In this document: one piece after another, positions 1 to 10,191 of the stretch
Layout: every line of letters begins with the position of its first letter
Position numbering within the stretch: position 1 is the stretch's first letter
Source of the DNA: Naegleria gruberi
Lineage: Eukaryota
NCBI GenBank assembly: GCA_000004985.1
Contig: GG738934.1
Direction: 5' to 3' (one strand)
Length of the DNA stretch: 64,000 bases
Notes under the pieces: generated by a model
Database searches by the model: none
Told to the model about the DNA's origin: nothing
The model's input: the letters and a program-made list of their open reading frames with translations, nothing else
Made by a program: the position numbers and the translations under genes

Positions 1-565
1 TATCTGTAGGATGTTGTGATAGATCTAATTCTAATAGAATATTCCTATACTTTTCAAAGAAATGTTTTACATTTTCCTTCTTTCTGCCTTTGAATAAAAA
101 TTGGGAAAATGAATCCCCACCATTGATAGCATCTTTCAAATGTTCTAATTCTTCTCCCTCAAATTGTTTAACACATTTCTGAAGTAACTCCTTCACTTCA
201 TCGTCCAGTTCTCTTTTAAATACGTCAAGCTCAAGAATTGTGAAAATAAACATAACCTTTCCAATTGAGGCCTTATTTTGCATGAAGAAGTATTTCCCAT
301 TCTTTCTCAACAAGAGACCAGATCCTACAATATATTTGTCTTGTGAATTGTCCACTACTTGAGCTGAATCATTACTAATCCAAGAGCAATCTTGGATGAT
401 CTCCAGCTCAGCACCAACATGGATAGCAAAATCATGATCATATTGAACAAGTCTAGAAGTGAACGAAGGATTCTGAGGAAGTGAATGAAGTAAAACATTT
501 CTGGCAGCTGGATATTTATCAACTACAATATATCTTTCCTTGGATTTGAGTTGTGGAGTCTTCAT
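1..565 (-). CDS. hypothetical protein, N-terminal part; the ORF runs off the window start
   Basis: ATG at 565..563 preceded by an A-rich leader. The reading frame is open (MKTPQLKSKERYIVVDKYPAARNVLLHSLPQNPSF...) down to position 1. It is absent from the ORF table only because there is no in-window stop. No recognisable domain. Confidence 0.35.
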   Translation of the reverse strand, partial: MKTPQLKSKERYIVVDKYPAARNVLLHSLPQNPSFTSRLVQYDHDFAIHVGAELEIIQDCSWISNDSAQVVDNSQDKYIVGSGLLLRKNGKYFFMQNKASIGKVMFIFTILELDVFKRELDDEVKELLQKCVKQFEGEELEHLKDAINGGDSFSQFLFKGRKKENVKHFFEKYRNILLELDLSQHPTD

Positions 566-1220
566 TATTTGATGTTGTTCTTCTACTTTTTTCTTTGATT
601 TGATGGTTTCTATTAATAAGAACGTGTTGGCTCTGTTTTAAAACAAAAGCAAGCAATCACGTTTGCCAAAGCAAAAGAACGTGAATTCTCAACCCTATTT
701 TTACAATCCTCCTTTGTTGTTGATGAAGTATAAATAACCTCCAACACAGGCAAGAAAACAGGTTTGCGTCTTTACATGATGATGAACGCTGAACAAAGCA
801 CACGAAGGCTCTTATTTTTTAATTTAAATAATTTAAATAATTTAAAAATGTTGGAACGGAAAAATGTTGACCAACCACAAATCAAAATTAATTTTGAATG
901 TATTACTTCAAGTCTTGTATTTTATTAAGGGACCTGGTTTTTAAGCGACAACGAATTTTTAGTTAAAACCATTATGAATCCCATCTATCTGCTCCTCCTC
1001 CTTAATAGTATTGCTAATGTTAAATTTTCCGTTTACTCTCCATAGACAAAGCCAAATTCAAACTGAAAATATTTCTGAATAGAATACTTCATTTCAATAA
1101 TTAACAAATTGGAAACAAATGAAATTATTTTGTTGTTATTACTTTTGGTTGGAAATATTAATCTTAGTAATTCAGAAAAGTAAAAGCCACTCAATAATTG
1201 TTCCAAAATCTACAAATGAT

Positions 1221-2186
1221 TTATTGATTACCAACATATCTGTAGTTGGCTGGAACTTGGTGAGTATTTCTGTAACTTGGTCCAGGATACATATCTCTTT
1301 GTCTAAAATCAGAAACAAATTGACCACCAGAAGTCAACATTTGCATGTGACCATCAGGATGTCCAGGAATAGCTTGGAAGATTTGGACATCACCAGGTTG
1401 CATTGGTCCACTAACCTTTTGATAACCCATCTTTTGTAACCAAGAACCGAAATCCTTAGCAGAACCTGGACGATTAATTGTGTAAGTCTTACCAGTCAAG
1501 GCCTTTTCAATGGCATTGGCAGTATATTTGGCACATTTACCTTGAGATTGGCTGTGAGAAGCAGATCTAACATTGCTCATGGCAGATTGGACAACTTGTG
1601 AGCTAGGAGCAGTTGAACGAATGTTTTGTTGAGCTGGTTGTTGAGCAGTTGTTGGTTGACGAGTTGGTTGACGAGCTGGTTGATTAGATTGAGTATTAGC
1701 ACCATATGGTTTGGATTGAGTATTTCTATATTGAGAAAATCTTTGATTACTCATTCCAGGTCTAACACTATTACTTGGCTTTCTTCTATTATTATTAGAA
1801 CCATTTCTAACATTAGTTCTAGTTGGTCTAGTTGGTCTTCTATTAGTTGGTTGTCTTCTATTATTACTACTAGTTGGTCTTCTAGTGTTTGAAGTTGGTC
1901 TTCTTCTATTGTTAGTAGTAGTAGTTGGTCTTCTGTTATAAGAAGTTGGTCTTCTGTTATTACTGGTGGTTGGTCTTCTGTTATAAGAACTGGTTGGTCT
2001 TCTATAAGAAGAGGAACTAGTTGGTCTTCTGCTGGAAGAAGAGGAAGAAGAAGATCTTCTTGGAGAGAGATCGGACATGGAGATGAAATCACTCAACATG
2101 TCGAAGGTATCCAAGGAAGCGTTGACAGCAACGGCGGATGCCAAAGCGATCAAGAGCAAAAGAATAACAGTTTTGACTTGTGACAT
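1221..2186 (-). CDS. secreted protein: signal peptide, Arg/Pro/Thr/Ser-rich repeat linker, and a C-terminal Tae4-like (papain-fold Cys-His-Asp) peptidoglycan amidase domain
   Basis: True ATG at 2186..2184 (MSQVKTVILLLLIALASAVAVNA, a cleavable signal peptide) with a poly-A leader; the ORF-table start at 2357 is an upstream extension. The central ~150 aa are degenerate RRPT(S/T)(S/N)N repeats. The C-terminal ~115 aa read GKCAKYTANAIEKALTG...QPGDVQIFQAIPGHPDGHMQMLTSGGQFVSDF. The Cys..(~75 aa)..GH..(13 aa)..D spacing and local motifs resemble the T6SS amidase effector Tae4 (NACPIRMSYVLNATG ... GHGWSNARGHVTLWNGSICSD). Stop TAA at 1221. Confidence 0.6.
   Translation of the reverse strand: MSQVKTVILLLLIALASAVAVNASLDTFDMLSDFISMSDLSPRRSSSSSSSSRRPTSSSSYRRPTSSYNRRPTTSNNRRPTSYNRRPTTTTNNRRRPTSNTRRPTSSNNRRQPTNRRPTRPTRTNVRNGSNNNRRKPSNSVRPGMSNQRFSQYRNTQSKPYGANTQSNQPARQPTRQPTTAQQPAQQNIRSTAPSSQVVQSAMSNVRSASHSQSQGKCAKYTANAIEKALTGKTYTINRPGSAKDFGSWLQKMGYQKVSGPMQPGDVQIFQAIPGHPDGHMQMLTSGGQFVSDFRQRDMYPGPSYRNTHQVPANYRYVGNQ
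1806..2036. repeat. imperfect tandem coding repeats (agaagaccaac[t/c]... units encoding RRPT(S/T)xN), about 10 copies
   Basis: Direct reading: recurring ggtcttct / agttggtcttct motifs on the + strand, giving RRPTSS / NRRPTT repeats in the minus-strand protein. Confidence 0.6.
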
Positions 2187-2472
2187 TTTTTTAATGATGA
2201 AAAGTATTTTGGGAATTTGATGAGAGAAATTGAGATTTTGAAATGGCAATTGATTATTGGAACGAATTATTATAATCGTGTTGATTCGTCCACTTTCGTT
2301 TGTGAAAAAATACAAAGTTCTGTAAATCAAAGAAACATTTAGTTGATTCGTCATCAATACTCATTGATAAATAAACTGGTCTGTTACTTCCAAAACATTC
2401 GTATATGAAATAATTTCGTAATTATATGAACACACAAATAACTTATTGAACAATTTTCATTAAATATTTCAA

Positions 2473-3419
2473 TTAATTATTTCGTTGTCGTAACACTTCT
2501 GAATTTTCATCCTCATCCACAAGTGAATTGTTATTTTCCAAGAGTCCTCTTCTTTGAATATCTTGTCTTTCCTGTAGTTTTGGAAGAATGAATTGTTTGC
2601 GGTTGTTGGATCGTTGAATGAGTAAGACAACCTCAAAGACAATAACCATGAGCATGACCACACTCAGAGATAAAAAGATGCCAGCTGTTTGAACCTTTCC
2701 ACTTGCAAGATTGGCCTCTATTTAAGAAATTGATAATGAGAAATTGTGAAATATTGATAAACTTACTCAATGTTACATTGAATTCGACTGGTAAATCAGC
2801 AGCATTGTAAATGACAATGGCAATGGTTTGGAATTCATTTCTTATAATTTGAACATCTTGGGCGTCGATAATTTTCCTTGAATCATGTGAAGTGTTGTAA
2901 AATTGGAAAGTCTTGTAACCTGTGTAAAAGTAGTGTTCGTGGCTGGATTGAGCTTCTGATCTTGTACTCTTATATCCATTCAATAAACTGTAACCGATTT
3001 GTTTCACAGCCAAGAGTTTCAATTCTCTACTCGATAATGCATCAGCTGTTGTTGAAACATTCATGAAAACGAATGGATTTCCATACTTTCCAATACGATT
3101 GACTTCCAAGTAAAGATCCAATAGAGAAGTTCTTTCTTGAATGTTAACTTCCAAAACAACAGTATCTCTTCCACTAATATACAAATTATTGAACGAAACA
3201 GAATTTGAAAGAATGTTCAATGAATATTTAGCTCTTCCAATTGAACAATTATTGTCATAATAGCCAGGTTGACAGTCGCATTTCTTCTTTTCCAGATTAC
3301 AAGTTCCCTTCTTGGAGCATAAACTTGGGCATGGATATTGACTATCAGAGTGGCACTTCTTGGTAGCATCTCCACACAAAATATCTCTATCATCAATGAG
3401 CATGCTAGTGTCAGCCCTA
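2473..3419 (-). CDS. type I membrane protein with an EGF-like module, 3' portion only; the 5' part is lost in the assembly gap
   Basis: The last exon ~2473..2717 encodes a TM helix (IFLSLSVVMLMVIVFEVVLLI) plus a short cytoplasmic tail and a stop at 2473..2475. A 49-nt intron gtaagt...aaatag lies at ~2718..2766. The upstream exon 2767..3419 is in frame and contains an EGF-like CxCxxGYxxxxC motif (KKKCDCQPGYYDNNCSIG). The ORF continues into the N-run. Confidence 0.55.
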
Positions 3420-5376
3420 NNNNNNNNNNNNNNNNNNNNNNNNNNNNNNNNNNNNNNNNNNNNNNNNNNNNNNNNNNNNNNNNNNNNNNNNNNNNNNNNN
3501 NNNNNNNNNNNNNNNNNNNNNNNNNNNNNNNNNNNNNNNNNNNNNNNNNNNNNNNNNNNNNNNNNNNNNNNNNNNNNNNNNNNNNNNNNNNNNNNNNNNN
3601 NNNNNNNNNNNNNNNNNNNNNNNNNNNNNNNNNNNNNNNNNNNNNNNNNNNNNNNNNNNNNNNNNNNNNNNNNNNNNNNNNNNNNNNNNNNNNNNNNNNN
3701 NNNNNNNNNNNNNNNNNNNNNNNNNNNNNNNNNNNNNNNNNNNNNNNNNNNNNNNNNNNNNNNNNNNNNNNNNNNNNNNNNNNNNNNNNNNNNNNNNNNN
3801 NNNNNNNNNNNNNNNNNNNNNNNNNNNNNNNNNNNNNNNNNNNNNNNNNNNNNNNNNNNNNNNNNNNNNNNNNNNNNNNNNNNNNNNNNNNNNNNNNNNN
3901 NNNNNNNNNNNNNNNNNNNNNNNNNNNNNNNNNNNNNNNNNNNNNNNNNNNNNNNNNNNNNNNNNNNNNNNNNNNNNNNNNNNNNNNNNNNNNNNNNNNN
4001 NNNNNNNNNNNNNNNNNNNNNNNNNNNNNNNNNNNNNNNNNNNNNNNNNNNNNNNNNNNNNNNNNNNNNNNNNNNNNNNNNNNNNNNNNNNNNNNNNNNN
4101 NNNNNNNNNNNNNNNNNNNNNNNNNNNNNNNNNNNNNNNNNNNNNNNNNNNNNNNNNNNNNNNNNNNNNNNNNNNNNNNNNNNNNNNNNNNNNNNNNNNN
4201 NNNNNNNNNNNNNNNNNNNNNNNNNNNNNNNNNNNNNNNNNNNNNNNNNNNNNNNNNNNNNNNNNNNNNNNNNNNNNNNNNNNNNNNNNNNNNNNNNNNN
4301 NNNNNNNNNNNNNNNNNNNNNNNNNNNNNNNNNNNNNNNNNNNNNNNNNNNNNNNNNNNNNNNNNNNNNNNNNNNNNNNNNNNNNNNNNNNNNNNNNNNN
4401 NNNNNNNNNNNNNNNNNNNNNNNNNNNNNNNNNNNNNNNNNNNNNNNNNNNNNNNNNNNNNNNNNNNNNNNNNNNNNNNNNNNNNNNNNNNNNNNNNNNN
4501 NNNNNNNNNNNNNNNNNNNNNNNNNNNNNNNNNNNNNNNNNNNNNNNNNNNNNNNNNNNNNNNNNNNNNNNNNNNNNNNNNNNNNNNNNNNNNNNNNNNN
4601 NNNNNNNNNNNNNNNNNNNNNNNNNNNNNNNNNNNNNNNNNNNNNNNNNNNNNNNNNNNNNNNNNNNNNNNNNNNNNNNNNNNNNNNNNNNNNNNNNNNN
4701 NNNNNNNNNNNNNNNNNNNNNNNNNNNNNNNNNNNNNNNNNNNNNNNNNNNNNNNNNNNNNNNNNNNNNNNNNNNNNNNNNNNNNNNNNNNNNNNNNNNN
4801 NNNNNNNNNNNNNNNNNNNNNNNNNNNNNNNNNNNNNNNNNNNNNNNNNNNNNNNNNNNNNNNNNNNNNNNNNNNNNNNNNNNNNNNNNNNNNNNNNNNN
4901 NNNNNNNNNNNNNNNNNNNNNNNNNNNNNNNNNNNNNNNNNNNNNNNNNNNNNNNNNNNNNNNNNNNNNNNNNNNNNNNNNNNNNNNNNNNNNNNNNNNN
5001 NNNNNNNNNNNNNNNNNNNNNNNNNNNNNNNNNNNNNNNNNNNNNNNNNNNNNNNNNNNNNNNNNNNNNNNNNNNNNNNNNNNNNNNNNNNNNNNNNNNN
5101 NNNNNNNNNNNNNNNNNNNNNNNNNNNNNNNNNNNNNNNNNNNNNNNNNNNNNNNNNNNNNNNNNNNNNNNNNNNNNNNNNNNNNNNNNNNNNNNNNNNN
5201 NNNNNNNNNNNNNNNNNNNNNNNNNNNNNNNNNNNNNNNNNNNNNNNNNNNNNNNNNNNNNNNNNNNNNNNNNNNNNNNNNNNNNNNNNNNNNNNNNNNN
5301 NNNNNNNNNNNNNNNNNNNNNNNNNNNNNNNNNNNNNNNNNNNNNNNNNNNNNNNNNNNNNNNNNNNNNNNNNNNN
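3420..5376. other. assembly gap (N-run, 1957 nt)
   Basis: Contiguous n characters. The six-frame 'ORFs' made of X residues across it are artifacts. Confidence 0.99.
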
Positions 5377-5456
5377 CAAGAGACATTTTTTGAATGAGAA
5401 TCAATGTGTCAACCAAACACACTCTCAACTCTCAATATTATCCACCAACTGAATAA

Positions 5457-5586
5457 GAAATATTCAAAATATTGAACTTTACAACTTCACCTTCTTCAAC
5501 ACCCCAAACAAATCGCAATCTTTTCCGTCAAACTTTCACAAATAATTATTACAAAAAAAAATGTCATTCCAACCACGAACAATTTA
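5457..5586. repeat. copy A of a ~130-bp dispersed duplicate (5' leader, ATG and the first 8 codons of the 5561 gene)
   Basis: Near-identical to 35100..35230 (gaaatattcaaaatattgaactttacaacttcaccttcttcaacaccccaaacaaatcgcaatct...acaaataattattacaaaaaaaaatgtcattccaaccacgaacaattta). The copies differ by 3 substitutions and poly-A length. Confidence 0.8.
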
Positions 5587-6472
5587 TTATAATGCCAATG
5601 GTACTCCCTCTTATTCTCCATCATCACCAGCCTATGCACCAAGTTTTTATCTTCCGAAAAATACTGTGCTGAGTTTTGATTTGGATGAAAAAGTTGTGGC
5701 GAGAATTGAGAAGGAAACGAGAAATTGGGGAGTTTTGAGATGGAGAAGTCCAAATTTAGGAGAACGATATTGGGGACATGTTTATATGAGTGTTGATTCA
5801 AAAATTGTGGAAATTATTAAAGATCATTATGGAAAGAAAGGGTTGATTACAAAGGTTAGGGAATTATTGGAAGATTCAGGGGAACCTAACTCAATAGTTG
5901 AATTTAATGCATTCTTGTTGCCAACTCACTTTACTGTCATTTCATGTAAAGAATGGCAACAAGCATTCTTTGGATTGGAGAAGGAGGTTAAGTATTTTAC
6001 TGTTAAAAATCCCACAGACAATGTATTCCAAAGTCCAATTGAATTTGTGAATACTCCATATAATAGTCATTCCAAATTGGTTAAGGAGGAGAAAATTCAA
6101 GAATTGGGTAATTTTACATATTTTACAAGATCTGATTTTGCAAAATCACTTCCAATTGAACTTCTTTCTCATATTAAAGAATTTCTCCTTATGGATTTGA
6201 AAGAATGTGGACAAAAATTTAAATTCTCAATCACAGGACAAGTTAGTTTGGTGCCAAGATACTTTGAAGAAAAGGTTGGGTTTATTCTCCATATTGATTC
6301 TCCTGAAATGAATGAATTGAGAATGAAATACGGATTTAAAAGTATGGAATTTTCCATTCCTTTGGGAGTTACTAAATTTGAGTGGAATAATTCGCCACAA
6401 AACCCAACAAAGGTTTTCATTAAGAATTTTTCAAAGAAAAGAACTCGAGATTTGTTTGAATCCAATGAATGA
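5561..6472 (+). CDS. hypothetical protein (303 aa), no recognisable domain
   Basis: ATG at 5561 after an A9 leader. The 912-nt ORF is uninterrupted. N-terminus MSFQPRTIYYNANGTPSYSPSSPAYAPS. Confidence 0.55.
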   Translation: MSFQPRTIYYNANGTPSYSPSSPAYAPSFYLPKNTVLSFDLDEKVVARIEKETRNWGVLRWRSPNLGERYWGHVYMSVDSKIVEIIKDHYGKKGLITKVRELLEDSGEPNSIVEFNAFLLPTHFTVISCKEWQQAFFGLEKEVKYFTVKNPTDNVFQSPIEFVNTPYNSHSKLVKEEKIQELGNFTYFTRSDFAKSLPIELLSHIKEFLLMDLKECGQKFKFSITGQVSLVPRYFEEKVGFILHIDSPEMNELRMKYGFKSMEFSIPLGVTKFEWNNSPQNPTKVFIKNFSKKRTRDLFESNE

Positions 6473-6564
6473 TTAAATCTAAAAATTTGGAAAAGTGACA
6501 ATCTACTTTTGTTATATCTTAGTAGGTAATAATATTCTAATATTTCATAAAATTAAAGTCATGG

Positions 6565-7032
6565 ATGATATTTCAGCAAGTGAATGTGCAAGCTTGCTTT
6601 TTGAAACAAGGCCTTAACAGGAAAGCAGAAGAAAAAATGACCAATTTAGATTACATTGCCAATTGCCTCAAGAAAGAAATGCAGACCATGTTTGTGGTTT
6701 TTCAAGAAAATATTAAAAAAGATATAAAGCAAGAACTTGAGAAGTTTAAAAGTGATTTGAGGTCCGAGATTAAGAATGAACTGAAGGAACAACTTGATGA
6801 ATTGAAGCAAGATATTAAACAAGAGTTTGAAAAGTTTAAAAGTGATTTGAGGTCCGAGATTAAGAATGAACTGAAGGAACAACTTGATGAATTTAAGCAA
6901 GATATGAAGCAAGAGTTTGAGATGTGTAAAAACGATATTAAGGATGATTTAGGAAAGGTCACAAAAAACATTTGCACTTTATACGAACTGCTCTTAACCC
7001 AACATTTAAAAGACAATCATCCAACAGCTTAA
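6565..7032 (+). CDS. small coiled-coil protein with 30-aa tandem repeats (KFKSDLRSEIKNELKEQLDE[L/F]KQD[I/M]KQEFE)
   Basis: ORF 6565..7032; the functional start may be the internal ATG at 6637 (MTNLDYIANCL), which has an A-rich leader. The protein is charged and heptad-like. Confidence 0.45.
   Translation: MIFQQVNVQACFLKQGLNRKAEEKMTNLDYIANCLKKEMQTMFVVFQENIKKDIKQELEKFKSDLRSEIKNELKEQLDELKQDIKQEFEKFKSDLRSEIKNELKEQLDEFKQDMKQEFEMCKNDIKDDLGKVTKNICTLYELLLTQHLKDNHPTA
6730..6942. repeat. 90-bp tandem repeat, about 2.4 copies (units ~6730-6819 and 6820-6909, then a partial unit)
   Basis: Direct reading: caagaRcttgaRaagtttaaaagtgatttgaggtccgagattaagaatgaactgaaggaacaacttgatgaatt[g/t]aagcaagatat[t/g]aaR repeated nearly identically. 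Confidence 0.8.
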
Positions 7033-7291
7033 CTTGTATATGGCTGTCACTTTCACCAAACTCAAATAGAAAGAGAAAATGGAAAAGTTTTTGAATAATG
7101 GTATCCAAGAAGTTTTCATCATTATAAATAATATCCAATTTGACGAAATATGGGGTGGTTAATTGTTAAATATTTTATCTTATTATTGATGGTGATTCAA
7201 TATGGTAATAAAGCGGCCAAATTGGATAAGGGATGAAATAACAAATAAATTACAACAATATATTACAAATTTTAAACAAATTACAACTAAT

Positions 7292-7621
7292 CTAATTAAA
7301 TAATTCATCATCATGCAAAATAGTTGTTCGAAATGAATTTTCACCATGAAAATTATTTACATATTGATCATCAACATGATCTATTTTCGTAATAATCATC
7401 ATTGGTTGATTCTCCAATTTTCTCTTCTTGTTATTCATTGAGTAATTATGCGAATCTGGAATCGGTTGATTCGTTTGCAATGATGAAGTAGTATTAACAT
7501 TATTTACAACATTATTTGCATTATTATTATTATTAGTATTATTGTTGGAATTGTTTGATGATTTTCCGCCAATGGAGAGTGGCAAAGATGAAGGAGATGA
7601 TGATGAACTAGCGTTTCCCAT
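7292..7621 (-). CDS. small Asn/Ser-rich protein with an N-terminal MGxxxS (possible myristoylation) motif
   Basis: ORF of 109 aa (MGNASSSSSPSSL...). Low-complexity; weak support. Confidence 0.3.
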   Translation of the reverse strand: MGNASSSSSPSSLPLSIGGKSSNNSNNNTNNNNNANNVVNNVNTTSSLQTNQPIPDSHNYSMNNKKRKLENQPMMIITKIDHVDDQYVNNFHGENSFRTTILHDDELFN

Positions 7622-7667
7622 TTTACTATTTTAATACTAATAAATATTCGAAACGTTAGTCAATTTT

Positions 7668-8897
7668 TTATTTTGATTGTTGAGAATTATTTCCACCAGT
7701 GGTGCAATCCTCGAAGAAAACAAGTACACGAGAGGTGCTTTGGATAAACTTGACATTTTCATGGAATAAACTATCTTCTTCGATAACACTTGCAGTTTCT
7801 TGTTTCCTTTTCGTATTTTGGAAGTGTTGGAAACAAACTTGATTGACTGATTGAGTACATTCCATGTTTGTTTCAATACATACATTTCCATCATTAGCAT
7901 CAATTAAATCCAAAACAAAATCTACATGAACTTGTTGATCAAATCTTTCAACCATAATAGGAATAACCATTCTTCCCTCATTGAATTCCACATACACATA
8001 AGGTTCCTCAAATTTGAAAATCAAAGGTCCTACATTGGTATATTGATAGAAAATTGGAAATAGCTCATTCATTTGCGAATTGTAATAATTAGGTGTTGTC
8101 AAATCAAAACTTTCATCCACAAGTGCAAACTGTAAAGCATTTCCCTGAATGGAACGACACAATTCAATGTTAAAATCCTTTTCATCACCAATGGATAAAT
8201 CAAATGAAATAAATGTAGAAAGTGAGGAAAGGCATGGTTGCTTGTTTTTGAAAAATACATTCAAAAATTGAATATTTTCTGTTTTGTAATTGTTTCTAAA
8301 ACTTTCGTATACTTGTCCACACGAATCATTGGTAATATAAGCCACTGCAAACTTTCTTTCGTTTAGTTTCAAAATCAAGTTGCCATTGCTCTTTTTCTGA
8401 TCAATCTTTACAATTACTGGAATAATCAACATGTGTCTCTCTGTTTCTTTCAATTCGAATAGTTCATTTGGATAAAATTTGTACACACAAATTCTTCCAC
8501 TTTCTTTAACATCATACATGATTGGATAATTTTCTGAATTGAAATTATTTGGAGTTCTAAATTGAAAACTAGTTTCGTTTTTCAATTCAATGCTCAAATT
8601 CATTCCTTCGGCCTTGCAGATGGAATTAATTTTGGATTCTTGATTGTTAAAATTCGATTCTAATTTGTTGGAGAATTTTAACTTGACAGATGTGAGTGAC
8701 TTGGCATGTTCATGTTCTTGTGGATCGAGAATTCCATCTTTAATTTGGTTTTCTGCATGTTTAGTTTCTTCCTCGATATTCGAATGTTGTTGCATGTTGC
8801 TATCGCTGGTGGTTGATGAAGATGCAGACATGGAATTATTTTGATTATTTGTTGTTGGTTGTGTATTAACACGTCTTGAAAAATATGATCCCATCAT
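7668..8897 (-). CDS. hypothetical protein (409 aa)
   Basis: ATG at 8897..8895 (MMGSYFSRR). Long uninterrupted ORF; no domain recognised. Confidence 0.55.
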   Translation of the reverse strand: MMGSYFSRRVNTQPTTNNQNNSMSASSSTTSDSNMQQHSNIEEETKHAENQIKDGILDPQEHEHAKSLTSVKLKFSNKLESNFNNQESKINSICKAEGMNLSIELKNETSFQFRTPNNFNSENYPIMYDVKESGRICVYKFYPNELFELKETERHMLIIPVIVKIDQKKSNGNLILKLNERKFAVAYITNDSCGQVYESFRNNYKTENIQFLNVFFKNKQPCLSSLSTFISFDLSIGDEKDFNIELCRSIQGNALQFALVDESFDLTTPNYYNSQMNELFPIFYQYTNVGPLIFKFEEPYVYVEFNEGRMVIPIMVERFDQQVHVDFVLDLIDANDGNVCIETNMECTQSVNQVCFQHFQNTKRKQETASVIEEDSLFHENVKFIQSTSRVLVFFEDCTTGGNNSQQSK

Positions 8898-9327
8898 TAA
8901 CGCACATGTGTAGACGAAACTATCCTAAACAACTCCTTTAGAAACAAGCCAGCTGCAAGACCCAAGTGAGGTGTTGTGAGAAGGATTTTCGTTTGTTTTT
9001 TTGTGTTTTAGTTCTTTTCAAATTTGGAATGGGAATTGCTGATGGTGACACCTTGGAAAACTACTTTCGTCTGAAAGTGCTCCCATCCACCTCTATTCGA
9101 AAGGTTGTGGACGAATGTTTACGTGACAAAATAGGTGCGTGCTACATGTTAACGTTGAAGCATGTTGAATTTAACTCTTTTTTTTTTAATTGTTGTAAGC
9201 AGAACGTGCACCACGTTTCGAATATTTTCAACATGTGTTGGAAACAATTAAGCTTTGTCAAATCACTAATCGAATTCTATTGGATGAATTATTTCTGCCT
9301 AATTTTCGGCGACCTATTAAACAATTT

Positions 9328-10191
9328 TCAAGGCTTGTAAGTTTTTCTGAACTGTTTCACTGAAAATCCAGTAAATTTCAAATACAAATCTAAACAGGTT
9401 GAGAAAGTGCCATTCCTTGATTTGAAATAAACATTTCCTTCCATAATTCTAGCTTTAAAACAATCCTTTCTATATAATAATTCAAAAATAAATTGTAAAC
9501 CAATGATGAAAACAGTCAAACTAATTAATAAGAAACCAAACGAAATTATCAAACAAATACCAGCTGCTGCAAACAATCCAATAAAATCTGCTTGAGTATC
9601 TAATCGAGGTCCTTTCTTTCTGGGATCATACGTACAGAAAGTTGTGAAATTTTCAAACTTGTTGATTTCACATTCTCCCTCAAAACATTCATAAATGGAA
9701 ATTGAGTTATATCTAATGGAATTATCCTTAATAGACAATTCCAAAGTGTATCTATATTTGATTCTATTAGGAATGGTATCATTCAATGTCAATCTGTCAA
9801 CACTCACAATTTTTCTTTCACATTTTAATTGAGAAGTGAGTGAAATAACTCCAGGAACTACAAGACAAAGAGATAATAGAAATAAAAACATGAACATTAT
9901 GAAAGATGAAAGTGCCAATCGTTGTGGAGCATTCGGATAAGGATCATTGTTGAAACATTGCATTTTCCGAAACTTGACGAAACTCTTCTTGATATCAACT
10001 TGTCCAATTTCTTCTATCCGAATACTTTCATCCATCACATTATATTTTTCAATAATTTTCTTCCAATACTCATCAGAAGAAGTAATTGAATAAAATTTAC
10101 GGTTGACCAACGATAGATTTAAATTAGTTTTTGGAGTGGTGAGATTTAAAAACTCACAAATGATGGTCAGTTCATCATAGTTTAAATTCAT
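9328..10191 (-). CDS. F-box-like protein with C-terminal transmembrane segments
   Basis: The ORF-table start (10197) is TTG; the first ATG is at 10191..10189 (MNLNYDELTIICEFLNLTT...LSLVNRKFYSITSSDEYWKKI, an F-box-like motif). Hydrophobic stretches include FIMFMFLFLLSLCLVVPGVI and LFAAAGICLIISFGFLLISLTVFIIGL. Confidence 0.5.
   Translation of the reverse strand: MNLNYDELTIICEFLNLTTPKTNLNLSLVNRKFYSITSSDEYWKKIIEKYNVMDESIRIEEIGQVDIKKSFVKFRKMQCFNNDPYPNAPQRLALSSFIMFMFLFLLSLCLVVPGVISLTSQLKCERKIVSVDRLTLNDTIPNRIKYRYTLELSIKDNSIRYNSISIYECFEGECEINKFENFTTFCTYDPRKKGPRLDTQADFIGLFAAAGICLIISFGFLLISLTVFIIGLQFIFELLYRKDCFKARIMEGNVYFKSRNGTFSTCLDLYLKFTGFSVKQFRKTYKP

Noticed and set aside
1626-2092. Plus- and minus-strand ORFs overlapping the amidase gene's repeat region (1626-1892 +, 1751-2092 -)
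   Set aside because: They are antisense or alternate-frame readings of a low-complexity coding repeat. They have no start context and are Ser/Trp/Leu-rich nonsense.
3217-5452. Very long six-frame 'ORFs' (for example 2633-5428, 3217-5379, 3338-5452, 3360-5393) composed of X residues
   Set aside because: They are translations of the N-run assembly gap (3420-5376). Only the flanking real sequence was used.
6561-6640. Possible 41-nt intron (gtgaatgtg...ttaacag) at the start of the coiled-coil gene
   Set aside because: Splicing it yields an immediate stop, and the intron would be shorter than the other introns in this window. The internal ATG at 6637 is the simpler start.
8966-9340. 124-aa ORF in the spacer between two minus-strand genes
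   Set aside because: It starts with GTG, has no A-rich leader, and lies in an AT-rich intergenic spacer with no domain. Probably spurious.
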